Below, piece by piece: positions 42,060 to 56,509 of a stretch of DNA of 64,000 nt; positions within the stretch are counted from its first letter, which is position 1; each line of letters begins with the position of its first letter. The DNA comes from Eledone cirrhosa (taxonomy: Eukaryota), in the NCBI GenBank assembly GCA_964016885.1, contig OZ024741.1, positions 207,142,001 to 207,206,000 of the forward strand. Reading direction: 5' to 3'. Position numbers and translations under genes: made by a program. The notes below the pieces were generated by a model that had not been told where the DNA came from, made no database searches, and saw only the letters and a list, made by a program, of their open reading frames with translations.

Positions 42060-43500
42060 TATCAGTCTTATTACTGGGCTAAGGTTAAGAGGCATTCTAT
42101 TGTTTACATCACTAGATAATTCAATGCTAAAGAGCTTACTGTTGTTGCTGAATGCTATATGGTCCGCTAAGTTTGGGGTTGTGGAGTAAGAGGTTTTTAC
42201 ATTATTATTGTTAAGGATCCTATGTTTCTTTTGGTTAGATGGGAAGTTTTTCCCTAGGATACTGAAGAAGATTTTAGGGATATTAGCTGCTACGCATTGA
42301 AGTTGGCGCGGTCATTCATGCCGTAATGCATTGAAGTTGGTGCGGTCATTAATGCCGAAATGCATGTTATTCATGCTGCTACCAAGACCGGGCTTTTTGC
42401 CCTCTCTGCCTCTATTTGCGTTATGTGTTCCTACGGCATTGAGGATGTTTGCAGGTTTGATTCTATGTTTGTTGGTAGGTTTGGGTAGCAGCCCATCACC
42501 ATTATTGCGTCTATAAGCAGGGAATACATCTAGGTTAGTTGCTCCAGTCTTAGTTGTGGAGTATGGCTGGTCATTATAGTCAGATTTAGCTACTTTACTA
42601 CTATAACGATATTTCTTGGTGCTATTCATCTTACCTAATCTGCTTTTATTATTCTTATCATTCTTATCATCCTTACGGGGTCGATAAAATAAAGTACCAC
42701 TAATAAAGTACCAGTAATGTACTGGTAATTGCTGGGCTTGTGCCAATAGTAGAAACAATTATTCTTATCATTGGTAATGTTCCTGCGTTCTGTGATTACA
42801 TAATTTCTATTATGTGGGCTATTAAGAGATTTAATATCATGATGTAACATATCTTATTAACGTAGCCTGACGCTCTCGGCACACTATTATAGTACCCTGC
42901 AGTGCTGTTAAATATGTCCTCATTGGCCGAAAGCCTTGAGATTCTATGAGCGACGTTCTTCATTACTGAGTTGAGGATAGAGGAGATGGTTCGATAATTT
43001 ACTAATGTAAGACAGCACATCACCCGGCTTATGGTATGGTAGGTATAGGTCTGTATCTAGCTCTAATGTTACGTCTAGGAAGTTAAATATCTTATGGTTA
43101 GGGTCAATGGTTACCGAAAGGCCGTTTGTTTTTAAAATATTTGTGATACGCTTACTAACTTTTTACGGTAAATAGAGCGTCGTCTCTATATAAACTGCCC
43201 TGTAGTACGGGGATTTCCTCTTTAAGTCTGTAAAGGAGGTAGATGCCGACGAAGTCCTTTGCCTGGACAGAATCACTCAACCCCATCGTGATATCGAAGT
43301 TATCGGAGCAGTTAGCTCTGGTCCAGTAGGAGCCGTTGAAATATATGATAGTACGCCTAGTGGTAAGTACTATGTTTATCTCATTTTTAGTTATATTATT
43401 ATAAGATTTAGCTATGATCAAGGTTTTATTTAGTCGGATAGGGGAGATAGATGCGTAGTAATTGTAATAATATCAAGTGTTTTCTTGTCCGGTATCTCTG
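42060..43500 (-). mobile_element. Naiad-like PLE RT remnant interrupted by a truncated SINE B (about 42668-42760)
   Basis: NFDITMGLSDS, LYRDDAL, FNFLDVTL, PYHKP; the SINE piece is flanked by a repeat of ATTATTCTTATCATT; another SINE B piece at 41957-42060. Confidence 0.8.
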
Positions 43501-43774
43501 TGTTACCCATAACATATATTAGCCTGCCTTTAATTTGGGTATTATTCTATCCAATCACTACGGATAATAGTATTAAATCTTACATAGGAGCTATCTCTAC
43601 TAAATTCAAAACACCTTTATTCTTTTAAGAATAGAAAAATCAAGAACTCAACTTCTCTCGCAAACTATATTACTCAATTAATAGAATTCAACACTAGTTA
43701 CACACAACTCAATAGAGTATAATAGACAGGGCAGCCTCTTATAACTTTAAGAATAAATGTAATTTGTGTCTGAT

Positions 43775-43963
43775 GGAGGCATTTGGCAGTATCGGTAGAG
43801 GGTCGGACGCCATGCTTTGACACATAGAGTTACGGCCCTTGCCATTCTGAGTTCAAATCCCGCCGAGGTTAACTTTGCCTTTTATCCTTAAGGGGTCGAG
43901 AAAATAAAGTACCAGTAATGCACTGGGTATTTGCTGGCCTTGTGCCAAAAGTAGAAACAATTA
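43775..43963 (+). mobile_element. tRNA-derived SINE family B
   Basis: Full-length match to 10999-11188. Confidence 0.88.
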
Positions 43964-44199
43964 TATTATACGCTCCGTACCTACACTTATTAACAATAGA
44001 GCCGAAACAGTAATCAATTGCTCAGACAGGCTTCCCTACTCTTTCTCTAACAGAGTCTATGATTCCACATAGCCATCTAAATTGTCCAGACTTAATTTCC
44101 TCCCTCAACCCTAAAATATATCCACTATTAGCTATATTCTATAGACTAGTCAAGATCCTTTAATAAAAGATTGTAATCCTGTTTTCCTTCTTCCCCATG

Positions 44200-46155
44200 T
44201 TAATATGACATACAGACTCAAACTCGACATCGAAGCCAACTTTTGTCGAGCCGCTTACCAACTTAAATGGGTGACCGCCATCAACAGCACCACAGAAAAT
44301 AACAGCGCCCACGCAAACCACCCCAAGTTCCTCACTTAACCCCCCCCCCCCCCCAACCACGAACTCGACACTAAACTCATCAGGCTAAAACACTCCATCT
44401 CGGATATACTTCGCAAACACACACACGCACAACACACAACCTCACCAAATCTCAACTCACCACTCTCTTCAACCTAAAATCGAAGAACCTCATCTACCTC
44501 CCCTCCGACAAGGGAAAAGAATTCTGCGTCATCAGCAGAGAGGCCTACAACACCCTGGCCCTCCAACACCTTGATGATGACAACGTCTACCTCAAGGTCA
44601 CGGGAATCACTCCCGCGCAGATAGAGGAACACATCAACGCCGCCTCGACCAACATCTTCGACCTGCGGAAGCACCCGAAGAAGCTGAGAAACAACCTCCT
44701 CACGAGGAACAGCAGACTACCCGCCTTCTACCACCTCGTGAAAACACACAAACAGGGACCCGACCTGAAGATCAGGCACATTGTATCTAGCGTGGAAGGA
44801 CCGCTCTACAAAATTGCATGGCTCCTAGCCAGAATACTCAAGCCCATCTTAGACACCTTGCCGGGACACGTTAACAGCTCCGAGGAGGTGTTGAAGCGCC
44901 TGCATCAAATGGATCCCGACACCAGAAAGGATAACAGATATGCCTTCAGCCTTGATGTAGTCGCTCTCTACACCTCGGTCCCGGCACTCCCGGCCGTTAA
45001 TATACTGATGGAACGCGTCCAATCCAGCGACCTTCACTGCTTCGGGCTCACCACCACTGACATCCACCAACTCCTATCCATCGTCGTCGACAACACCTAC
45101 TTCGGATTCCTTGACCAAACATACCAACAAACCTCGGGACTGCTCATGGGCTCAAGCCTGTCGGGTGTGCTGGCGATCTCTTACATGGATAGCCTCGAGC
45201 GCAAGGCACTCAACGCCTGCCACGCCAACGCCGTCGCCTTTTTATTAAGGTACGTGGACGATATCCTCATCCTCACATCTTCCAAAGACATGGCGAACAG
45301 AATATATGAGACGTTCAACAACACGGACGAGAACATTGACTTCAGTGTTGAATACCCCAATGACGACGGGTCACTTGCCCTCCTCGACTTCCGAATCAAC
45401 ATCACGGAACAGGGAGGCATCCACTGCAACTTCTACCGAAAGGCAGCCTGCAGGGACCTGTTCGTCCACTACAAGTCCGCCCTCCCTAACAGTTCCAAAT
45501 GAGGATACATCACGAACGAGATCGCGCGAATCAAAAACAGATCCAGCGATCCCGCGAGTGGTGTCACTCATACCAAGCGATTCCTCGAGGTATTGGAGAC
45601 GAACGGGTACCCTACCTCACTCACAGACAGAGTAGGAGACACCAGACACAAGAAACAGAGAGGCACCCAAGACAAGTGCTTCCTTAAAATGCCACCTGGG
45701 CGAGAATACCGCCAACGCTATCCGCAAGGCTATACGGAGGGAGGGCCCCGACATCCACCTGGCCCACTCAGGCCCTCCCTGCGAAGATGCCTCTCCAGGA
45801 AACCCGGGAAATCAACTGACGCGTGCTCCCTCAGAGACTCCCCGATGCGCCATGCGAACTGTATAGAATGTAACATACGTCGTGTATAGAATGTAACAAG
45901 TGCAACCAATACTATATAGGTAGCAAAATCCGGCCGATGCACATCCGGATCAAGGAGCACACTAACACCATGTCATCGTCTTTCCGGAAACACATAGCCA
46001 TATGCGGAAACAAAGACGGAAGGCCCATTGTCACAATTCTAGCGACAGAAAGAAACGTCGGCACATTACGTATCAAGGAAGCACTTTGGATCAAACGCCT
46101 AGGGCCACAATTAAACAACCGATCCGAAAGAAGCGAAATGAGGTGGTTGGTTTAA
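44200..46155 (+). pseudogene. Penelope/Poseidon-like PLE: reverse transcriptase plus C-terminal GIY-YIG endonuclease
   Basis: PSDKG, FYHLVKTHK, IRHIVS, FSLDVVALYTSVP, GLLMGSSLS, RYVDDI, LALLDF, FYRK, NGYP, YYIGSK, RIKEH, KEALWI; frameshifted. Confidence 0.9.
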
Positions 46156-46839
46156 GTAAACAAACGCTGCAGCAACACACGCACACACACAAGTGAGACA
46201 GCAACACACGCACACACACACACACACACAATAGCATTTCACCATACGAACATACTACACTGCCAATACAGAGGAACAAGGCAACAACACACGCACACAC
46301 ACACTCAAGCGAGACAACGACACACGCGCACGCGCACACAGTAACATTCACCAAACAGGCAGAGAATACTATGGACTGACAGATAGCGCTACCCCACTCC
46401 CACAATTGAAAGAACTATTTCGGCCGTCGACCTCTGCTTGACCGACCCTATTTCACGCGCACGCGCGCTCTGCTGAATACCTCAGATGTTCAAAACAACG
46501 AACAGCGGAGGACACGTTTCGCACCTTTCCGACAGACAACCTCCCCCCCGGAAAAAAACTCCCAGTTGATGGAACTGAATCCGAAATATATAGGGACAAT
46601 TAAATCTCTCCCAAGGTAACTCCATCTCGTGTTATTATTTTTATTTTTATCCTTTGCGCTCTTTCCTACATTCTTCTACACGCTACACGACACGCATCTC
46701 AACGGACACCCACTTAAATCTCTCTCTCCACCACCGGATCTTGTTACCCGGAGATTTACCCATCTGCATTGTCGAGGCTTCCAAACGACTTAAAAAAATT
46801 TACCTTATTATTCCACAATGCCTCAAGCAAACTTCAATA

Positions 46840-46930
<91 letters not shown>

Positions 46931-46948
46931 ATATATAAACAAATTGTA

Positions 46949-47010
<62 letters not shown>

Positions 47011-47019
47011 AACGAATTG

Positions 47020-47055
<36 letters not shown>

Positions 47056-47433
47056 TCGTTTTGTGAGATTACTTATCGGAAAAACACACGCACCTGTTGT
47101 GTTTCACTTCAATTTATTATACATTTCTGGTTTGCTGGTTGGTTCGATAACTAGAAGGTTCTTTATATATTGACAAAGCTCTTTCATCACACATTCTGAG
47201 ACACATAAAATAAAAGCCTAGTCACTGAGTAAGTCACAGAATGTGTGAAGAAAGAGCTTTGACAATATATAAACAACCTTCTGGTTATCGAACCAACCAA
47301 CCAGCCAACCGGAAAATTATAATAAATTGAAGTGCATGTGTTTTTATTAGCAATATGACCCTCCAAAAGTATAACAATATATTTGTGTGTGTGTGTGTGT
47401 GTGTGTGCGCGTGTATACATGTATATATATATG

Positions 47434-47561
<128 letters not shown>

Positions 47562-47804
47562 TGATGGTAGCTAAGATGCTTCCATAGGCGGTATGCCAGT
47601 TGAGCACTCTATGTTCTTACTGAACAGAGTATGATATAATAGAAAACTAAAAATCAGTGATGCATCTGAACTCAATTTATTGTGTTACAATTGTTTCGCT
47701 GGCAGACAGCTCGAGACACGATCATTGTGTGGATCTGTATGATTCTGGATTCGCAGGTTCGACGGACACGTCAAATGATTTCGGAGCAAATTCTCTCACA
47801 CTGA

Positions 47805-49027
<1,223 letters not shown>

Positions 49028-49038
49028 ATATATATATA

Positions 49039-49161
<123 letters not shown>

Positions 49162-49398
49162 TGTGGATAGGAGGCACACGAGTTAGGATATATATATGAA
49201 AACAGGGAGAAAGAGACGATTATGAGGAAGAAAAATATATTTTCTTCCTTTTTTTGTGTCTAGCTCTCTCTCTTTTTTCTGGGTTAGAAAATGATTAAAA
49301 CGAAATGTTTTACTTTGTGTGAAGTGTTAAGGTATTAGTTGATTTATTCATTATTTAACAATGGCATTTATTTATCTATTTATATATTTAATTATTGT

Positions 49399-49440
49399 CT
49401 ATTACCGGTTTCTGCATTTATATGCATTATCAAATGATAG
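49399..49440 (-). ncRNA. minimal hammerhead, U3-A8 variant, downstream of a GIY-YIG fragment
   Basis: TTGATAA-TGCAT-ATAA-ATGCA-GAAA-CCGG-TA-ATAG; weak helix I. Confidence 0.68.
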
Positions 49441-49836
49441 TGAAATGTATTAGTGTGGTGTCGCACATGTTAAACAGAAGGTGCAAAAAGAATAATGTTA
49501 TATACAAACGAGGTTTAAGAAGTGAAAAGGAAAAAAAACGTGCATATTGGGGAACGTAAAAAGTCAATATGAAAGAAAAGTTAATGTTATTTACAAGCAC
49601 AGTCATTGAAGTTCAGCATTTCAAAATGTGTTAATATAGCAAGAGTGTTTAGTTGAACCATGGTTCCGTGAAGGAGCCAAATGGTGGACTGTGGTTTGAT
49701 ATGATTTCCCTTTTTAGAGAGTTAATATGCAGGGTGAGCAATTCTTGCTGGATGTCATTTAATTTATTTAAGAAAAAGGATTAGGTAGGGTGTGAGGGAG
49801 GTAACTCTTGTAAATATTTGATGGTTTGTTGCAGTT

Positions 49837-50175
49837 TTAGAAAGGTCCGAATTTTAGGGCATTGAGTACTGGTTGAAATTTATTAATGAAACGTGTTTCC
49901 TTATTGCGTTGGATGAAAGTAGCGTTGTCTATGAATTTGTAAATGGGGAAAATTTTAAAGTTTGGAAGTTGGTTGAGAGCACAGTTGGCGATATGTTCAC
50001 TAAATGCAATCTTTCTGTATTCCTGTATTTTAATTTGTGATTTATGGACGGTCATACATTGACGGAAGCTGTTTTTTGTCTGTCCTATATAGTGCTCTAG
50101 ACAACCTGAGCAAGTCAAAACATAGATAAGGTTTTCAGATGCACATGTAAAGTTGTGTTTAACTGAGCACTTCAA
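49837..50175 (-). pseudogene. Neptune-like PLE GIY-YIG endonuclease fragment
   Basis: FTCASENLIYVLTCSGCLEHYIGQT..HKSQI..KETRFINKFQPVLN. Confidence 0.85.
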
Positions 50176-50999
50176 AATGTAATATTGAACAGCGGCACTG
50201 ACTTCAGTGTACAGCTATTACCAGCATGGGATTAACTGATCTACTTACCATTCGGATTTTGGCTGCTCTGCGCCTTATCTACCGCCACCTGATACTACTT
50301 CCTTGTCGGGATGATTCCGATTTCCGACAACACTCTACGTATTATACTAAAACATGTATTGTATTGACTGAATTCTCTACTCTATACCTCAGGACTTTTT
50401 GTGACTCGCACTGAACTTTATACTAGGTACAACCTGTTACCATTACATCTTCTCCATCCTCTATATCTATATCTATATGTACAACTTGTATTATCTTACT
50501 ACAACTTGATTTATATTGATTCTTATTTACCTTTATTAATTTTTTTCTATCTCATTAATGTATATTTTATTATTTTTTATTATTTTATTAATGTATTTTT
50601 ATCAATGTATTCTATCTTTATATTGGTATTTTATCTTTGTATGGTGCTTTTATTATTTTTTCATATTTTTTCGTATTTTTTTGTAACTTTTCCTTACTCA
50701 GGTCATTATGCACCTTTCATAGCCCCTTACCCACCTAAGAACCACACTACCTATAACCCGGACTAACTGGGACTTTAAAATAATTTTGGTCTATTTGCAC
50801 TTTTCATTAGGTGTTACCTTCGACTTGTGTGGTGGCTTTTCCCGACTGCGCGCTGGGCACTCGGAAAGTTTTGCCTTCCTTGAGTGCTCAGAAAAATAAA
50901 TTTCTCCTCTTTCGGTAAATGAAATTATTCGGAGCGGCTTGCTTTGCCACGGTCCCACCGCGCCGCCTGTTTTGGCTGCCACATTATACTTGTACAAAC

Positions 51000-51390
51000 T
51001 CCAGGTTTGGGCGTGACTATTAGCTGTGTCCTGTCTCTACTGACACGTAAATAAACCCCTAATGTGGGATTTAATAGTATTCGTGGTATAGACGATGGCC
51101 TGTCGAAATTGTAGAGTTCCCACTAGCGATCCCGGGGCCAAAGTTATCTACGTTCCTAAAGTACTCGGAAAAATTAATTTCCATTTCTTTCGCTGGACGA
51201 TACCACTCGAGACTGGCTGACTCATGGTGGTGGGTGTGCTGGCTTCGACGCCGTCCGTGCAATTTATGCTCGGAGGAAACTTTACAAATGGTGTTTTCGA
51301 CGGACCAACTCCTAAACAAGAAATACGAACTGGTAACTGCATGCAAACACAGATTGCGTAGGACTTACCTCGCCCTCAAACGCCATAATG
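51000..51390 (+). pseudogene. Naiad-like PLE C-terminal fragment
   Basis: CNLCSEE..LLNKKYELVTACKHR matches the C-termini of the other Naiad-like copies. Confidence 0.6.
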
Positions 51391-52549
51391 ACCCGGGGGG
51401 GGGGGGGGTAGACAAGGACTGTAACCCCCACTTGCCGACTTTGTAATGGGTAACCCCTGCTTGCAAAGGTAGACGTAAGATCTTCTTTTATATCTTTTTA
51501 TCGTTTCCTCTATATTTCCTTCTTCCCCCATCCCTTCCTAGTCCGTCCTCCCCAGTCCTCCTTCTTTGTCGTCGTCCTTTTCATTTTCTCGCCCACCCGA
51601 GGCAGCCCCTCGGTCCTTTGTAGCCTCAGTACCCCCACTCCCATCCCCTGATATGATAGAATTGGCTGACTCCGCTTTTTATAGCAGATGTGATAGACCC
51701 CAGATACTTGCTTTCTTATCCGATGGCTGCCCCATTTCCGTGCTTTATACATTTTTTAGTGGTATCTCTGCTTTAATTTCTCGTATATCAGTATTTATTT
51801 TTTGGGGTGTGGGGTGGAGGTGGGGGATTCTGAATAAATTATCCGTATCAAATGTTTCATATACTTCGTACGAGCATTTATGTAGTTTGCACTAGAATTT
51901 TTTTTACCGTAGCGGCACCCTTAGAGATAGTATTCGTATTCATTTTCCGGATTCTGAATTATTATTTCGTATTAGTTTATTTTTTGCACTGGGTGGTTGC
52001 TGGCCTTGTGCCTAGGGTAGAAACAATTATTTCGTATTAGTTTCGGGACTCTGAATTATTATTTCGTGGTAGTTTCTTTAGTATTTGGCCCCCCACTTGT
52101 TGACCTGTCACCGTAAGATATACTCGGTTGATTACTACTAACTCTTAAAATGGTCTCATTACAATTCCGTCCCACCTAGTAAACTTTTCTATAGTTTAGC
52201 AGTACCAGTGAGAGACTTGATGGCTGTCATAAGGGAATAGTAACCAGAAATTGTTTTTTTATATTTTTAACATTGTTGGTATTCTTCTATATATTTACTC
52301 CATATTGATTTACTTATTGTTTCGACTTCCTCCCCCTCCACCTCCCTAGTATACTTGCTTGACCTCCTGCCCTGCTGTAGTTGGCACTATTAACGCACGA
52401 CTGGGTATCCTCCACTCCCTCTCCCTCTTTCTTCTACTGGCAGGTTCAGCTACCCCTTCCTTCCACAAATTGCCATGATAGAATTATGTGTCTCAACAAC
52501 AAACTTTTGACCAATCCTTGTGACAATCACTTTTACCATATATGGAATA

Positions 52550-52646
52550 ACCCCCTGAGAAGCTCGGCTATTCATATACCAGGATAAACATTTTTCATTT
52601 AGTCCAGAATTAGCCGTCGAAACAGCTTGAGCTCAGCCGTCGGTGT
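52550..52646 (+). ncRNA. degenerate hammerhead-like motif
   Basis: CTGAGAA-..CGGCTATTC..GAATTAGCCG..-GAAA-CAGCTTGAGCTCAGCCG-TC; related piece on the minus strand at about 10935-10975. Confidence 0.5.
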
Positions 52647-52737
52647 CCTACTCGTTCCTATTACCCACTCTACTACCCTAAGTATTGAGTACTTTGGTTC
52701 GTTATGGTCCATCTGGTTCCTTACCACATTTCCTTCG

Positions 52738-52828
<91 letters not shown>

Positions 52829-53112
52829 ACATACATATAAATATACATATAATATACATATATATACATATAATATACATATATATACATATATGTATTA
52901 TGTATGTATGCATGTATGTATGCATGTATATAAACATTTTTCTCTCTTTCTCTGTCTCTCTCCGACCTCTCTTTCTCTCTCATTATATATATATATATAT
53001 AATGTATATATATATATACATGTATGTGTATATATAATATATATATGTATACACATACATGGACATATATATATACATATATACATATATATATATATAC
53101 ACATACATACAC

Positions 53113-53345
<233 letters not shown>

Positions 53346-53511
53346 AAGAGACGTGAGAGAGGCGGGAGAGAGACAGAGAAAGAGAGAAATATTTTTATAC
53401 GTGTACACATACATAATACATTGATACATACATACATAGATACATACAAACATATGATCACATAGATAGAATCGATGCGGCTGTTACACGCATAAATATT
53501 CTTGACTACGC

Positions 53512-53554
<43 letters not shown>

Positions 53555-53921
53555 GGCGTAATTATGTATGTTTTTATTTGATAAAATCGACTTATAAGAT
53601 AGTCATCAAGTTTCGTATATCTCACAAGTCAATTGTATTGTAGTGCTTGTAGTGTGAGTTTAACAGCTGTGTTTGAAAAACCTTTAATTATTAGCTTACA
53701 CAATGCCCACTAAAAATAGTTTGTGGTGATGTTTATCAGGGTGGTTTTATTTCAGAAAATAACCAGAGCGTGACTAAACACATTATGGTATTCAAATCCA
53801 AAGAGAAAAAAACAATAGCTAAAGCTATTGTTTTTTTCTCTTTGGATTTGAATTAAGATACTACCGGGATCAACTTTACCGTTCTTCCTCTCGCTCTTTT
53901 ATAAATTAATTTGTAATAAAG

Positions 53922-54269
53922 CAGGGGTGTGCAACAGATTCCATTAGCCGGCCACTTTTGAACATTGGAACAACGATTAGGGCCATTAATATTTATTAAG
54001 CGTTATTCCAAAGACTGGGAAATTATTACACATAACCCTATCAGTGAAGCCCTTTAGTATAGGTCAACTAACAGGAAATTGTATTACTCTTTTACTCTTT
54101 TACGTGTTCCAACCATCCGGCTGAGGCTATGCTGGGGCACCGCCCTTACGGTTACGAAAAAATTCTAAATACGTCTACAAGGTAAACATTAAAAACAGTC
54201 ATCGCGGGCCACTCTGACTGGTCTGGTGGGCCGGATTGTGGCCCGCAGGCCGCCTGTTTGGCGCCCCTG
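53922..54269. mobile_element. hAT-type MITE
   Basis: Termini CAGGGGTGTGCAAC and GTTTGGCGCCCCTG; 8-bp TSD TAATAAAG/CAATAAAG; subterminal GGCCCGC motifs. Confidence 0.8.
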
Positions 54270-54757
54270 CAATAAAGTGTATCGTAATTTTCTGTTTCCT
54301 GGCACCAACATTTGCTATGTCAAAAGTCGTCACCCTAATCATTACAAAAATGAGTATTATGAATTCCCGGACAAAATACATTACAGTATTTAGTTATGTT
54401 CCTTTGTATTCCGAGTTTAATTTCCGTCGTGAACTTTGACTTTCATTTTTCTTAAGTCAATGGATTAATACATTGTCATCCACTAGATTCGATTTTATCA
54501 ACCATACTCACTCATCGGCGTTAATAAAAAAAAAACAACACCCTAGAGGTACTGAACATAGGTATAACGAGACTTTGAGGGATGGAAAAATGTTATTTTC
54601 AAATATATTTTTCATCCATTTTAAAACATGCATATAAATATAAATAAATAAATAAACAAATATATATATATACATATACATATACACACACACATTTACA
54701 TATATATATATATATATGTATGTATATATACAGACATATATATATATATAGATACAT

Positions 54758-54839
<82 letters not shown>

Positions 54840-55062
54840 AATTAAGTTAAAAATGTACATCTACATATGCATACTGAAATACTAGTGTGTATATGAATAC
54901 ACACACGTATACATATGTAGGTGTACCAAGTCTTTCACTGGTCGCTTTACAGTGAGCGGCCCAGCTATTCTGTATGTAAACACACAGACAAACCGGTTTT
55001 TAGAGTCATACTGGTTTTTCGGGGGAACACCTTCCCCCTATTCTCCAGAAAGCCAGACAAGG

Positions 55063-55107
55063 AATATTGAACTAGTTTCGTTGTTGTTACAACTCATCAG
55101 CAATATT
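55063..55107 (-). ncRNA. type I hammerhead ribozyme, family B
   Basis: Reverse complement of 55413-55457. Confidence 0.92.
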
Positions 55108-55412
55108 TACCTATCTACCGGCCTTTCTGGAGAATTGTAAAAGCACATATCGTTATATGCTTTTTCTATGAAAATTAGTAGTGGGCAGACTAATTTGCAT
55201 AGAGTGTGAGTACGCACCGGTTCAGCGGAGACGATAAAAACAAATAACGAAACGAAATTAAATTTCGTTTCGTTATTTGTTTTTATCGTCTCCGCTGAAC
55301 CGGTGCGTACTCACACTCTATGCAAATTAGTCTGCCCACTACTAATTTTCATAGAAAAAGCATATAACGATATGTGCTTTTACAATTCTCCAGAAAGGCC
55401 GGTAGATAGGTA

Positions 55413-55457
55413 AATATTGCTGATGAGTTGTAACAACAACGAAACTAGTTCAATATT
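55413..55457 (+). ncRNA. type I hammerhead ribozyme, family B
   Basis: AATATTG-CTGATGA-GTTG-TAACAA-CAAC-GAAA-CTAG-TT-CAATATT. Confidence 0.93.
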
Positions 55458-55880
55458 CCTTGTCTGGCTTTCTGGAGAATAGGGGGAAGGTGTTCCCCCG
55501 AAAAACCAGTATGACTCTAAAAACCGGTTTGTCTGTGTGTTTACATACAGAATAGCTGGGCCGCTCACTGTAAAGCGACCAGTGAAAGACTTGGTACACC
55601 TACATATGTATACGTGTGTGTATTCATATGCACACTAGTATTTCAGTATGCATATGTAGATGTACATTTTTAACTTAATTTTTTAAGCGTCAGTCATACA
55701 AAAGTGAGTTACAAACGAAACGAAATTAAATTTCGTTTCGTTATTTGTTTTTATCGTCTCCGCTGAACCGGTGCGTACTCACACTCTATGCAAATTAGTC
55801 TGCCCACTACTAATTTTCATAGAAAAAGCATATAACGATATGTGCTTTTACAATTCTCCAGAAAGGCCGGTAGATAGGTA

Positions 55881-55925
55881 AATATTGCTGATGAGTTGTA
55901 ACAACAACGAAACTAGTTCAATATT
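55881..55925 (+). ncRNA. type I hammerhead ribozyme, family B
   Basis: Identical to 55413-55457. Confidence 0.93.
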
Positions 55926-56219
55926 CCTTGTCTGGCTTTCTGGAGAATAGGGGGAAGGTGTTCCCCCGAAAAACCAGTATGACTCTAAAAACCGGTTTGT
56001 CTGTGTGTTTACATACAGAATAGCTGGGCCGCTCACTGTAAAGCGACCAGTGAAAGACTTGGTACACCTACATATGTATACGTGTGTGTATTCATATACA
56101 CACTAGTATTTCAGTATGCATATGTAGATGTACATTTTTAACTTAATTGTTTAAGCGTCAGTCATACAAAAGTGAGTTACAAACGAAACGAAATTTAATT
56201 TCGTTTCGTTATTTGTTTT

Positions 56220-56319
<100 letters not shown>

Positions 56320-56509
56320 TATAGTATCGTGAGAGAGAATATAGAGAGAAGAGAAGAATGGTTATAGGAGGAGACGATAAAGATAATTAATTGCCAGAAG
56401 CAAGTGCTTTAGTGCTCGATGCTTATACAGACGAGGTTAAACATTAGAAGCATTAATATTTAGTGTGCGAAGATAAGCAGAGCGGTTATAATAGAAGAAA
56501 TTGAAAAAA

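Noticed and set aside
46560-46600. HHR-like motif TTGATGGA..TCC-GAAA-TATA-TA-GGGA (also 27690-27720 minus)
   Set aside because: The core lacks the G8-A9 spacing in both copies; at best a degenerate remnant, so not listed as a ribozyme.
54952-56036. 62-aa ORF MSGPAILYVNT.. present three times
   Set aside because: GTG start, antisense to the HHR strand, no recognisable motif and not conserved in homologous family A; identity only reflects recent duplication.
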